From the NCBI RefSeq assembly GCF_006345805.1, contig NW_021832093.1, positions 1-32,934 on the forward strand: DNA of 32,934 bases. The letters are read 5' to 3'. This DNA comes from Octopus sinensis (lineage: Eukaryota). How positions within the stretch are numbered: the first letter of the stretch is position 1; every line of letters begins with the position of its first letter. The translations under genes were made by a program, and so were the position numbers. The notes under the pieces were generated by a model. The model did no database searches and was not told the DNA's origin. It saw only the letters and a list, made by a program, of their open reading frames with translations. Shown here piece by piece: positions 22,998 through 32,934 of the stretch.

Positions 22998-23860
22998 ATA
23001 TAAATATATTGATATTGATATAGTACATAGATAAAGCAGAGTTCCAGCATGACCGCAATCAAATGATTTGAATAAGTAAAAGAATAAAAGAACACATTCA
23101 TTGTGTACGTATGTGTGTTTGCATTTGCGTGTGTGTGTGTGCGTGTTGTGTGTGTGTGGTGTGTGGTGTGTGTGTGTGTGTCTGTGTGTTTCAAAAATAA
23201 AATGCTAGACGTCTGAAAGGCGATAATATTGCCGAACAGAAACGTTGTTAGCATATTTCTCAATGAAAACTAAACTCTGATGAAACGAACGGATTTTAAA
23301 AGTAAATACGAGAAGAAAGAAAAGAGAAAGCCCTCCAAAAATAAAAAAAGCAACAAAAAAAAAAAGAAATACATACAAGAAGCGAATAAAATAAACACAT
23401 GTGATTAGAGTTGTGATATGTGTGATAATCTTATCTGATTTACTTGTCAGCTAAGTGTAGATGTACATATGTAAGTCCATTAAACTATTCATCTATAGAT
23501 TTATTACTAAAGTATGCGTTGGTTGGAAAAACAAAAACAGAACATGGATGAAAAGCAGAAACAATAACCTCCGCCCCATCACATCCGAGCGAATACGGAA
23601 TCAAACGAACGGCTTGTAATATATGATGCTACAGTTGAAGTGTTACGTCGGTAAAAATCGGAGATACGCCGGTTTCGGTAAGTGGTTGATGTTGTCGGAT
23701 GGATGAGTTTTGGGGGATGTAGTGCTAGTATGTAAATGTTTTGAGAAGAATGTCATACATACACATCCTCACCATACATCCATACTAACAAGTCTATCAA
23801 TACACACACACACACACTTATAGCTATGTATATGTATATCTATCTATCTATCTATTTATC

Positions 23861-23901
<41 letters not shown>

Positions 23902-24454
23902 ATTTATATGTATGTATGTATATATTCAGACATACATACATACACACACACAGAGACACACAAACACACACATATTTCAGGATGCTCATTTTTCTGGGGT
24001 TTTTTTTTGGTTTTTTTGCCAAGTAAACACACACACTTTATATTCGTTCTTTACTTCAGATCTATTATTCTTCCTATTTTATGTCCTTTGCCTTGAAATC
24101 ATTCGTCACACCTCCTGTGACCGCTTCAGCGATTCTCCATCCCATGTGCACCACCCTGTTCTGTTTTGTCCGATAGAATAGACTCGGTATATGTACCGGG
24201 AAAAGTTTGTAAATGCGTCAAATGTTTATATATATATATTTTTTTTTGTGTTTAATTGAAACAATATTGACATTTTAATATAAGGAGTAAACAGTATTCT
24301 ATGCATTTATACGTCTTCCTTTTATAGTTTAAGAGAATATATATTGGTGTACGTATTCATAAGGTACGTTTCAGAACCTAAAGAGCTGTAACTGAATACT
24401 GTAAATGCATTTTATTTTACGATCTAACGATCCTATAAGTCTCTTAGTTAGGTC

Positions 24455-24650
24455 CAAGCCTAACAATTTGAAGGCAGGCTTAGTGGATTTAGTGGATTTA
24501 GTGGATTCTATTGACCCTTGTATTTGACTTGTATTTTTATCTTATCGAACTCGGAGAGGTGAAATGTAAAGAAGATCTTGCCAGGATTTCAACCTAGAAC
24601 GGTGTAGGCCTGGAAGCAATATCGTAAAGTATTTTGTCTAAGGTATACCG
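24455..24650 (-). mobile_element. SINE family A, highly diverged
   Basis: TATTGACCC..CTTATCGAACTCGGAGAGGTGAAA..GGATTTCAACCTAGAACG..GCAATATCGTAAAGTATTTTGTC. Confidence 0.6.
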
Positions 24651-24897
24651 TCTACAAAAGGTAAGTGTCCTTTTTCAGCGGTTTTCTCTGGCTGACCTTA
24701 TGGGGAAGTTCGTGCAAAACCTTGATTCCTTTTTGCCCCACTCCCGCGTTTCCACTCAGATGTGAGACAGCTGGGCGCAGCTGTTTAGACGCTATCGATT
24801 TAGCACTAGAGGCAGTCACACACATATGCATGGGCGCACACACATACGATTACACACATAAGCGCACGCACAGAATTATACGCTTGAATAGGGTGTG

Positions 24898-25140
24898 TGA
24901 AAGAAGCCCGTCGTATATATATATATATTATATGTGTGTGCGTGTGTGTGTCCGCGTGCGTTGTGTGTGTGTGTGTGTATTTACGTGTTTGTGTTTCTCC
25001 CCTACCATCACTTGACAACCGATGTTGGTGTGTTCACGTCTCCGAAACTTAGCGGTTCGATAAAAGAGACCGATAGAATAAGTACTTGGCTTACAAAGAA
25101 TAAGTCCTGGGGTCGATTTGTTTGATTAAAGGCGGTGCAT
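24898..25140 (+). mobile_element. SINE family B, central microsatellite and 3' half
   Basis: GAAAGAAGCCCGTCGTATAT-(TA/TG)n-CCATCACTTGACAACCGATG..CTTAGCGGTTCG..GACCGATAGAATAAGTAC..AAAGGCGGTG. Confidence 0.85.
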
Positions 25141-26114
25141 GTAATATATATATATATAATACACACTTATGTACACATGTGTGTATCTATATACGCGTGT
25201 GAATGTGTATTGATAATTATTTAAATCAAATAATGAATAGCAAATTTATGTATATATTTCAATTTTTAAATATGTATCCTTATTTATAGTCAAGAATTGT
25301 AATCAACATGTCAGGTTAATGACATTATATTTATAGTTTTTTGTAACAGATGCTGGGGGAATCTGATAAATTCATAATACTTGTAGGACGAGGAGGAGAG
25401 AACAACAACGTTTTATACAGCTTTTGGTAATAATAAAATTGAAGTTCTGTTCTGTTTTGGATAGGTGTGTTGTTTGCCAATTGTTTCCTCTATAAGTTTA
25501 TTTCCGTTATGTAATGTAATGTATTGCAATTGTTCCCCTATCAAAGAACCTTGCGAAGCCGCATTTTTAAAACAGTTTATTTAACCTCAACAGAAATCGA
25601 ATTAGTACTATTGAAAATATAATAATGACATACTGAATAAGTTAGTGAAATATTTAAAATGTTTACAGTTGGATAGATAGACAAATATAATAAAATAATT
25701 TGATAAAAAATGTGAATTTTTAATTATTTTTCTGAGATTTTACAAAAACAACAAAAATATTTATAATCAGCGATTATGTCAACGATATACTCACTGTATA
25801 GGACACCACGACATGAATAAATTAAAGTAAGACTAAGATTAACACTGAGTTTTAAAAATCAGCATCAAGAAAAATACGAATAAAGCTCTCGACGATGTTA
25901 TATTTCTATCTCGATTCTCACTTTCCAAAGGTCGCACTGTCCTCGATATAAAAACACCTTACTATGAAATTTCAGGCAGTTAATATATCTATCATACTTT
26001 ATCCTAGCAGTCCATCCATCCATCCACACATACATACATACATACATACATACATACATACATACGGAGAAAGATACATACTGCTGTCGGATAATATATA
26101 ATATATTATATAAT

Positions 26115-26158
<44 letters not shown>

Positions 26159-26170
26159 GATATATTATAA

Positions 26171-26603
26171 ACAACTCCCTCCTTATTATGGATACATGCA
26201 TAATCAGCAGGAGGAACATCAGTGGAACGCACCCATAAAAACTTCTATCAAATGCAAACATAACAGACGTAACCTCGTTATTTGGGACAGGAAATGAAAG
26301 TCATATACAGTCATAGAGGTCAGTTGCATTGAAAATGTGAACATTTACAAAATTAGCAAGAAGGAAAAAATATGTAAGGACAACTATTTCGAAATATACA
26401 ACTCCACTAATTCGATTATATTATCTACATTCATATCAATAATCGTTGGTAAGCTCAGTTATGAAGGTAAATGCCTAAGACACAATCTTGGGAAAGCTGG
26501 AATAGCAGGCAAAGAAAGAGGCTGGCTAACACAAACGTTAGAGATACAATCTGTAAGCGGCACAATAAAATTATTCAAGATTTTCTTTAAAGTTCGTACA
26601 TAA
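26171..26603 (+). mobile_element. RLE-type (R2-superfamily) non-LTR retrotransposon 3' remnant, endonuclease domain
   Basis: One frame reads WNAPIKTSIKCKHNRRNLVIWDRK*KSYTVIEVSC..FISIIVGKLSYEGKCL..LEIQSVSGTIKLFKIF. This resembles HNRPD..W..IEVSC..IPIIVGALG..GT..I of PD-(D/E)xK restriction-like endonucleases. Catalytic PD is lost. Confidence 0.7.
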
Positions 26604-26640
26604 CAATTATCGTTGGTGTTATCCAAACTCCAATCTTTTA

Positions 26641-27052
26641 TCTTTTATTCTTTACTTGCTTCAGTCATTAGACTGCGGCCATGCTGGAGCACCGCCTTGA
26701 ATTGTTACTCGCATGAATCGACCCCAAGTACTTCATTTTTAAGCCTGGTACTTAATATATCGATTTCTTTTGAAAAAGGGGACGAAAACACAGCAACACC
26801 GATTGTCAAGCGGTGGTGGTGGTGGTGTGGTGGAACAAACATAGGCACAAAGACACACACACACATCGGTACATATACACACATATATACACACTGGACG
26901 GGTTGCTTTCAGTTCCCGTCAACCAAATCCACTGACAAAAATCTGGTCGGCCTGAGGCTATGGTAGCAGACACTTGCCTATGGTGCCATGTAGTGGGATT
27001 GAACCCGGAATCATGTGGTTCGGAAGCAAGTTTCTTACCAAAGAGCCGCGCC
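26641..27052 (-). mobile_element. SINE family B, full length
   Basis: Head, CORE-like segment, central (CA/TA)n and tail GGCGGTGCTCCAGCATGGCCGCAGTCTAATGACTGAAGC on the minus strand. Confidence 0.88.
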
Positions 27053-27060
27053 GATACGCT

Positions 27061-27225
27061 TTTATTTGTTTCAGTCATTTGACTGAGGCCATGTTAAGGT
27101 TCCGCCTTCAGACGAACAGATCGACCCCGTAAGCCTAGTACTTATTCCATCGGTCCCTTCTACCGAATCGCTAAGTTACGGTGACATAGCGATGGTGGCA
27201 GGGCGGGGGGCGTCAAACACAAATA
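27061..27225 (-). mobile_element. SINE family B 3' half
   Basis: TTTCAGTCATTTGACTGAGGCCATG..CCGCCTT..ATCGACCCC..CTAGTACTTATTC..GCTAAGTTACGG. Confidence 0.8.
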
Positions 27226-27477
27226 CCCAAAACATAAACATATATATCCTTACCGAATATGGTCATTTCCATACCGAAAAAACTACTAGGTGAAATTTAT
27301 TAATTTTAGTAAATTAATTATATTTCACCCTTATGTGTGTATATATATTTATATAAATAAGGATAAGGTCGATATTTGAAATACCGATCATATCAAGTGG
27401 CTAGCATAGGAATGAAAACCTCATAGGTAATAGTTATTACTAAAATTATAATTAAGGGTATCTAAAAGATACCATCA

Positions 27478-27636
27478 TAGCTGTCAAAACTTGAATCTGA
27501 AACCACATCAAATATTGATACAGCACCAGGGGAGGCAAAATATTTTTTTGATAGTTTATTTTTTCCTCTTTGTTTTCTCTCCTGGTGCAGTATGAATATT
27601 TGATGGGTTTTTTTTGAGTCAAGTTTTAACTGCTAT
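27478..27636. repeat. Imperfect inverted repeat (~58-bp arms)
   Basis: TAGCTGTCAAAACTTGAATC..CATCAAATATTGATACAGCACCAGGGGA versus the reverse complement of TCTCCTGGTGCAGTATGAATATTTGATG..GAGTCAAGTTTTAACTGCTA. Confidence 0.75.
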
Positions 27637-27739
27637 CTCTAGCATATATATGTATCTATCTTTATATATATATATATATAATATTTAGATATATATATAT
27701 ATTATATATATATATATATAATATATATATATATAATAT

Positions 27740-27770
<31 letters not shown>

Positions 27771-27771
<1 letters not shown>

Positions 27772-27858
27772 CAACTCCCTCCTTATTATGGATACATGCA
27801 TAATCAGCAGCAGGAATATTAGTGGAACGTACCCATCAAAACTTCTATCAAATGCAAA
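27771..27858 (+). repeat. 88-bp direct duplicate of 26171-26258 (start of the RLE remnant)
   Basis: 5 mismatches in 88 nt by eye. Confidence 0.92.
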
Positions 27859-28357
27859 AATAATTTTAGATATTTTTAATTATATATGATATATATATAT
27901 CTATATATTATATATATATATATTATATATATATTGAGGGGACTACTATTCGTAGATACCAACACGCGCTAAGAGGGACCAATGCGGTCAAAACTACTAA
28001 AAATAAACAAAATTTTACCGAATGCAAAACTTCAAAACACATCATTTTAAAAAAGAATTCAGTTACATATCACATGTGATTTCGCATTTAAATGCAGAAT
28101 ACGCATTTCATGTTCATCAGTGCAACAAACTCAAGAAATATAAGAGAAAAACATAACATTACAAGCTCGATAGCCAACCGTAGAATTCGTCGTAGCATGT
28201 CCGAATGTTTATCTTTACATATCTATGAAAATGGCGGGCTTATTCGCAATGCATTTCGGTTACAAATTGTCTAGTCGGAATAAAAATTCAGTATTGAAAT
28301 ATTCCGGTGAAAAATATAAATATAAATATAAATATAAATATATATATATATATTATA

Positions 28358-28572
28358 TGCATGGTGTGGATTGGGGTTTCTTTAAAACTAAACTGGATCT
28401 TTTCTTGTCAAGGGTTCCAGATGAACCTATATCTCGGCAGGAAACACAGATGCGGGCAGCGGCGTCGAACTCCCTTGTTGACAAAGCGCCACGTATCAGA
28501 GGTGGTTTCACATACTAGAGTAGCTCATTCAACGGTGGTGCTCCAGCACGGCCGCAGCTTTCGAGCTGAAAC
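28358..28572 (+). mobile_element. CR1/L2-group LINE 3' end
   Basis: HGVDWGFFKTKLDLFLSRVPDEPISRQETQMRAAASNSLV..* followed by tail GGTGGTGCTCCAGCACGGCCGCAGCTTTCGAGCTGAAAC. Confidence 0.85.
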
Positions 28573-28602
28573 ATTTTAAAGGATTTATATGAAAACGCAT
28601 AT

Positions 28603-28764
28603 ATATACGAGGTGCTTCTTTCAGTTTCCGTCTACCAAACCCACTCACAAGGCTTTGGTCGGCCCCATGCCATAACAGAAAACACTTATCCAAGCTGTCA
28701 TACAGTGGGACTGAACCCGGAATCATGTCGTTCGGAGGCAAGTTACTTACCACGCAGCCACGCT
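28603..28764 (-). mobile_element. SINE family B 5' half
   Basis: CTTCTTTCAGTTTCCGTCTACCAAA.CCACTCACAAGGCTTTGGTCGGCCC..CAGTGGGACTGAACCCGGAA..TTACCAC.CAGCCAC. Confidence 0.85.
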
Positions 28765-28824
28765 AATGATGGACGTTTAAAATCCCATGTTCTAGAAGTC
28801 AAGTCAATAAATATAATGAGTAGA

Positions 28825-29330
28825 CATACATACATACTTACATACATACATACATGCATACATACTTACATACATATATACATACATGCATACATATTAC
28901 ATACATACATACATACATACATACGTACATACGTACATACATCAATACATATATACATCTACATACATACATATATACATACATAAACATACTACATGCT
29001 ACATACATACATACATACATACATACAAATATATACATACATGCATACATACATCATACATACATACATATTACATACATGCATACATACTACATACATA
29101 CATACATACATACAATATACAATACATGCATACATACATACATACACACATACATACATGCATCATACATTACATACATGCATACATACATACATACATA
29201 CATACATACATACATACATACATACATACATACATACATAAGTACATACATTTACACGTACACACATGCATACATAAATACTTAGACACATTCACATACA
29301 TATATATATATACATATACATTTGAATAAA
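28825..29330. repeat. Degenerate (CATA)n microsatellite
   Basis: Directly visible. Confidence 0.95.
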
Positions 29331-29838
29331 CAGTATTTTGTACTCTCTTGCTTAACTGCAGGTCGCACCAGTATGAAACCACAACTATAATTCCAATCTG
29401 TGTACGCATGCGTGCACGTGTGTGTGTGCATGTATCGTATGTACACTTACATTCACACTTAAATTGTAAACATATGGGCAGAAAGATAAAACAAACGAAG
29501 TTATTTGTATATAGAAAAGGTATAGAGGAAATGATATATTAATACGATGAGGCGTACTCCTGCTGATCATATACACACATTATATATGTATAAGCATATG
29601 CGTATGTATATATATATATATGTGTGTGTATGTGTGTGTGTGTTTGTGTATGTTTGTGTGTGTTTGTGTGTTTGTGTGTGTGCGTGTGTATGTATATATG
29701 TATATATGTACATATAGATATGTGTATATATGTATATATGTATATGTACATATACCAGAGTAAGCACATAAATGCGAAACAAGGTGGAAAAAATAGTACT
29801 CGAATACCAGAGGTAGAGTAATAGGCTTTATTAAAAGA

Positions 29839-29970
29839 AGCAAAAATATAGCAAAAACTGTTACTCAGAGTTTCACGTTCCCGTTCTTCGAACATTTTTG
29901 TTTATCCAAACTCCAATCCAAAACTGCCATGAACGTGAAACTCTGAGTAAGTTTTTCTAATATTTTTGCT
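29839..29970. repeat. Inverted repeat duplicating the 3' half of the hammerhead
   Basis: 29861-29880 is the exact reverse complement of 29931-29950. Outer arms pair imperfectly. Confidence 0.9.
29852..29900 (-). ncRNA. Candidate minimal type-I hammerhead ribozyme (UCGAAGA core)
   Basis: 5'-CAAAAAUGU UCGAAGA ACG ggaa CGU GAAA CUC u GAG UA ACA g UUUUUG-3'. Stem I is 9 bp with one bulge, stem II has a GNRA loop, and stem III ACUC/GAGU has a 1-nt loop. Predicted cleavage 3' of A at 29862. Confidence 0.7.
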
Positions 29971-30093
29971 GCTTGTGTACAAATATATATATATGTATAT
30001 ACATCCTTCCGGTCTTTCAAAATGTGACCTCGTGTGTACCGTTGGCGATTTTTTTCCTCTGTCTTCCCTTCTCTGGATATTTCCTTCTCCTAT

Positions 30094-30128
30094 GTTTCCG
30101 ACGAAGAGCTCCGCTCGAAACGTCAAAC
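30094..30128 (+). ncRNA. Candidate minimal type-I hammerhead ribozyme (CCGACGA core)
   Basis: 5'-GUUU CCGACGA A GAGC ucc GCUC GAAA CG UC AAAC-3'. Stem I is 4 bp, there is an extra A after A9, stem II is 4 bp, and stem III is the loopless palindrome ACGU. Predicted cleavage after C30124. Confidence 0.72.
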
Positions 30129-30984
30129 CCTCCTTCTTTCCTTCTTTCCTGAGCGTCCAATAATACTATATTTGTTCCACGTCCTCGCGTTATTGTGTTT
30201 TTTTTGTGCTTTCTTGTTTGGATTAACTATATATATATACACATACACACAGATACACACAGATATATATGTATATTATATATATATTATATATATATAT
30301 ATATATTATATATATATATATATATATATGCGTATATATCTGTGTGTGTATACACATACACATACACACACACACAAATAATATACTTACATATACATAA
30401 ATGTATGTACATATGTGCATACATGAAACTATACAAGCACAACTCGCTCCCTCTCTCTCCTTCTCTATATATAAATATATATACTTGCGTGCGTCTTATG
30501 AGGATACGTGTATATGCAAGTATATAATTTTCAAACTCGTTATATTTACGTTTGTGTATACGTAAGAATGTCACTGTGTGTAAAGAGTGTGCATATGCGT
30601 GTACGTAGGCTAAGTCTGTATGGTTTTCTCTGTATGTGTGTGTATGTTGGTGGCATACAAACTATGCAATGCATTTTTAAACTGTGGCATACTTCATCAT
30701 GTTACATCGGCTATAAAAAAAAAAGAATTAGAACACTTTCATTTCCCGGATTCTAACGAAAAATGTTTGCCCACCCGGGCTGGTTGTAGAAGAAAATGAA
30801 GGAGAGAAAGAGAGAGAGAGAGAGGTGAAAAAAGAGGAAGAGAAATATTAAAAGTGCGAAGTAGTAAACCCTTTTTTAAACAGTGTTGAATATTTGTTCT
30901 AAAATCACTTTTATCATGGGGATTTCTTTGCTCGTATACACTCATACACTGTCTCACACACAGACATATATGCATGTGCATACC

Positions 30985-31029
<45 letters not shown>

Positions 31030-31032
31030 CAT

Positions 31033-31080
31033 GGTGCTCCAGAATGGCTTCAGTCAAATGACAGGAGCAAATAAAAGAAT
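31033..31080 (+). mobile_element. SINE family B tail fragment
   Basis: GGTGCTCCAGAATGGCTTCAGTCAAATGAC..AAATAAAAGAAT. Confidence 0.7.
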
Positions 31081-31187
31081 ATATATATTATATATATAAT
31101 TTCAACAATTGAGGGTAAAATTAATTAATTAATCAATTTCACCAAGTATTCAGTATGCAAAGGGACCATTTAAGGCAAATTCAAATT

Positions 31188-31500
31188 ATTACATTATATA
31201 AAAGGGCTTAGTAAAAATAAATACTTTGCCGCATACTGAACTCATTAGAAATAGCAGCTAAAAAACTTTTTTTAAAACTATTTCTAATACTTAAAGAAAA
31301 CCTCTCTCATATAGTGTTTGCTCAACTCAACTCACGCAACCCCATATTTGCGTGAGTTGAGTTGAGCAAACACTATATGAGAGAGGTCTTCTTTAAGTAT
31401 TGGAAATAGTTTTAAAAAAGTTTTTTTTAGCTGCTATTTCTAATGAGTTCAGTATGCGTCAAAGTAATTTATTTTACTAAGCCCTTTTATATAATGTAAT
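31188..31500. repeat. Long near-perfect palindrome (~152-bp arms, 8-nt spacer)
   Basis: 31188-31339 pairs with 31348-31500, spacer CCCCATAT. Only a few substitutions and homopolymer-length differences. Confidence 0.97.
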
Positions 31501-31665
31501 TATATATATATATATATATATGGAAAAATTCTATAAACAAACGACCTAACGTATGCTGAATGTAAAAACGTACGGGAGACAAACAGAAAGTCCATAATTC
31601 TTCATCAGTTATCGACCATTGGCACTGTTCAGTTTCGCACCTTTAACAATAAGCTATATATATAT

Positions 31666-31973
31666 GGAGGTGCAATGGTCCAGTGGTTAGGGCAGCAGAC
31701 TCGCGGTCGTAGGATCACGGTTTCGATTCCCAGACCGGGCGTTGTGTGTGTTTATTGAGCGAAAACACCTAAAAGCTCTACGAGGCTCCGGCAGGGGGGG
31801 GGGTGATCCCTGCTGTACTCCTTCCCCACTCTTTCTCTCACTCTTTCTTCTGTTGGCCTGCTCGCTTAGCCAGCGAGGTGGCGTCATTTGAAGGCTAAAA
31901 CAATGCGAATGCATTGTGACCAGCGATGTGTAGCAACATCTGATGGTCTGGTCGGTCACGTGATCATGTGATA
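31666..31973 (+). mobile_element. tRNA-derived SINE, family C, full length
   Basis: A box TGGTCCAGTGGTTAGG, B box GGTTTCGATTCCC, distinct body, and tail GTCACGTGATCATGTGAT. Confidence 0.85.
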
Positions 31974-32032
31974 ACAATATATGGCTATAATAGTAATTAC
32001 TGATGTCAAAACATTCGTCTAAAAATTCTTAA

Positions 32033-32082
32033 AAGCGGTGCTCCAGCATGGCCGGTGTCTAATGACTGAAACATGTAAAAAA
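32033..32082 (+). mobile_element. SINE family B / CR1-type tail fragment
   Basis: AAAGCGGTGCTCCAGCATGGCCGGTGTCTAATGACTGAAACATGTAAAA. Confidence 0.75.
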
Positions 32083-32934
32083 TGAAGAGAAAGGAAGAGA
32101 AAAATAGAGCCGGAGAGAATAGAAGTGGTTAGGGAGAAATATGAAAGCCCGGTACACTTGCAATATTTCTTGACTTACATTTACATACGTACTCTTTGTT
32201 ATGCGAAAATGAAAAGTTTTTTCAAGCTTTCAGTGTATGAGTTGAAACCTGTTGGCAAAAAAAAACAAAAAAAAACAGAAAAATAAAAGGAAAAAACTGA
32301 ACAGAAACACTTAGGTGTTTGCTAAAGCGAAGACTGCCATGCGGCTTGCTTCATGTCTTAAGTAGAAGTAAGAAGGTCTTCTTTTTAGTTGTTTCATGTT
32401 TATGTAACGACTTGTCAGTATTTGTCGATCAACCTTTCAATCTAACACCTCGGTCTATTCATACGTTTCTCATATATCTATCCAGCTCTGTTTTTTTTCC
32501 AATATATGTTTATATTTTATATATATAGACATATATTTGCATCTACATATATGTATATGTATGTATCTTGGCTTACATATATATATATACACACATACAC
32601 ATATACACACTTATGAATATATATACAAACACACATACACACTTATATATACATTCATATATACATACAGGCATGCATACATGCTTACGTGCATACAGAC
32701 ATACAGACATACAGACACATATATAGTGAAAGGGAGAGACAGACAGAGGGAGCGTTATGAATTCATTCTTACATGCATACACACATAGTCACGTGCTGTG
32801 TAATTTTATTTACATGTGTGTGTAATACGTATAAGTGTGTATGTTTTATGAGTTTACTAACTATCTTCAGTTATCTGTCGGTATGTCATTAAAGGTGTCC
32901 GTCTCTCTATCAGTATTTACGTTAATTCATACAT

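Noticed and set aside
23195-23295. Hairpin-like ATGCTA..TAGCAT region and CTGATGA at 23278
   Set aside because: Core spacing does not fit a hammerhead and the pairing could be chance in AT-rich DNA.
24643-24666. 18-nt microexon ending at AAG|GTAAGT
   Set aside because: The acceptor lies in a decayed SINE and such hexamers occur by chance. No other support.
31666-31740. tRNA gene
   Set aside because: A and B boxes are present but the cloverleaf stems do not close, and it runs into a SINE body. It is a SINE head.

Overview
AT-rich eukaryotic non-coding DNA, almost entirely microsatellites and transposon relics. No host gene can be supported, and most ORFs in the supplied track are translated simple repeats. 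The repeat families look like those of Octopus or another cephalopod (recognition, not a database result). The window holds a 5'-truncated Tx1/L1-clade LINE (~10051-13086) embedded in (TCTA)n, with reading-frame breaks mostly at homopolymers. It also holds remnants of CR1/L2-type, RTE-type and RLE-type LINEs, two Tc1/mariner relics and many copies of at least three tRNA-derived SINE families. The most interesting signal is a set of minimal type-I hammerhead-ribozyme folds in unrelated short repeats (21082-21126 -, 29852-29900 -, 30094-30128 +; degenerate ones at 22475-22522 + and 28093-28124 -). The three best all carry C instead of the canonical U4 (CCGACGA, CCGACGA, UCGAAGA) and have palindromic or near-loopless stem III. 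Two of them sit in inverted repeats whose second arm starts at or inside stem II. This suggests non-autonomous Penelope-like or retrozyme-like elements with a variant catalytic core.
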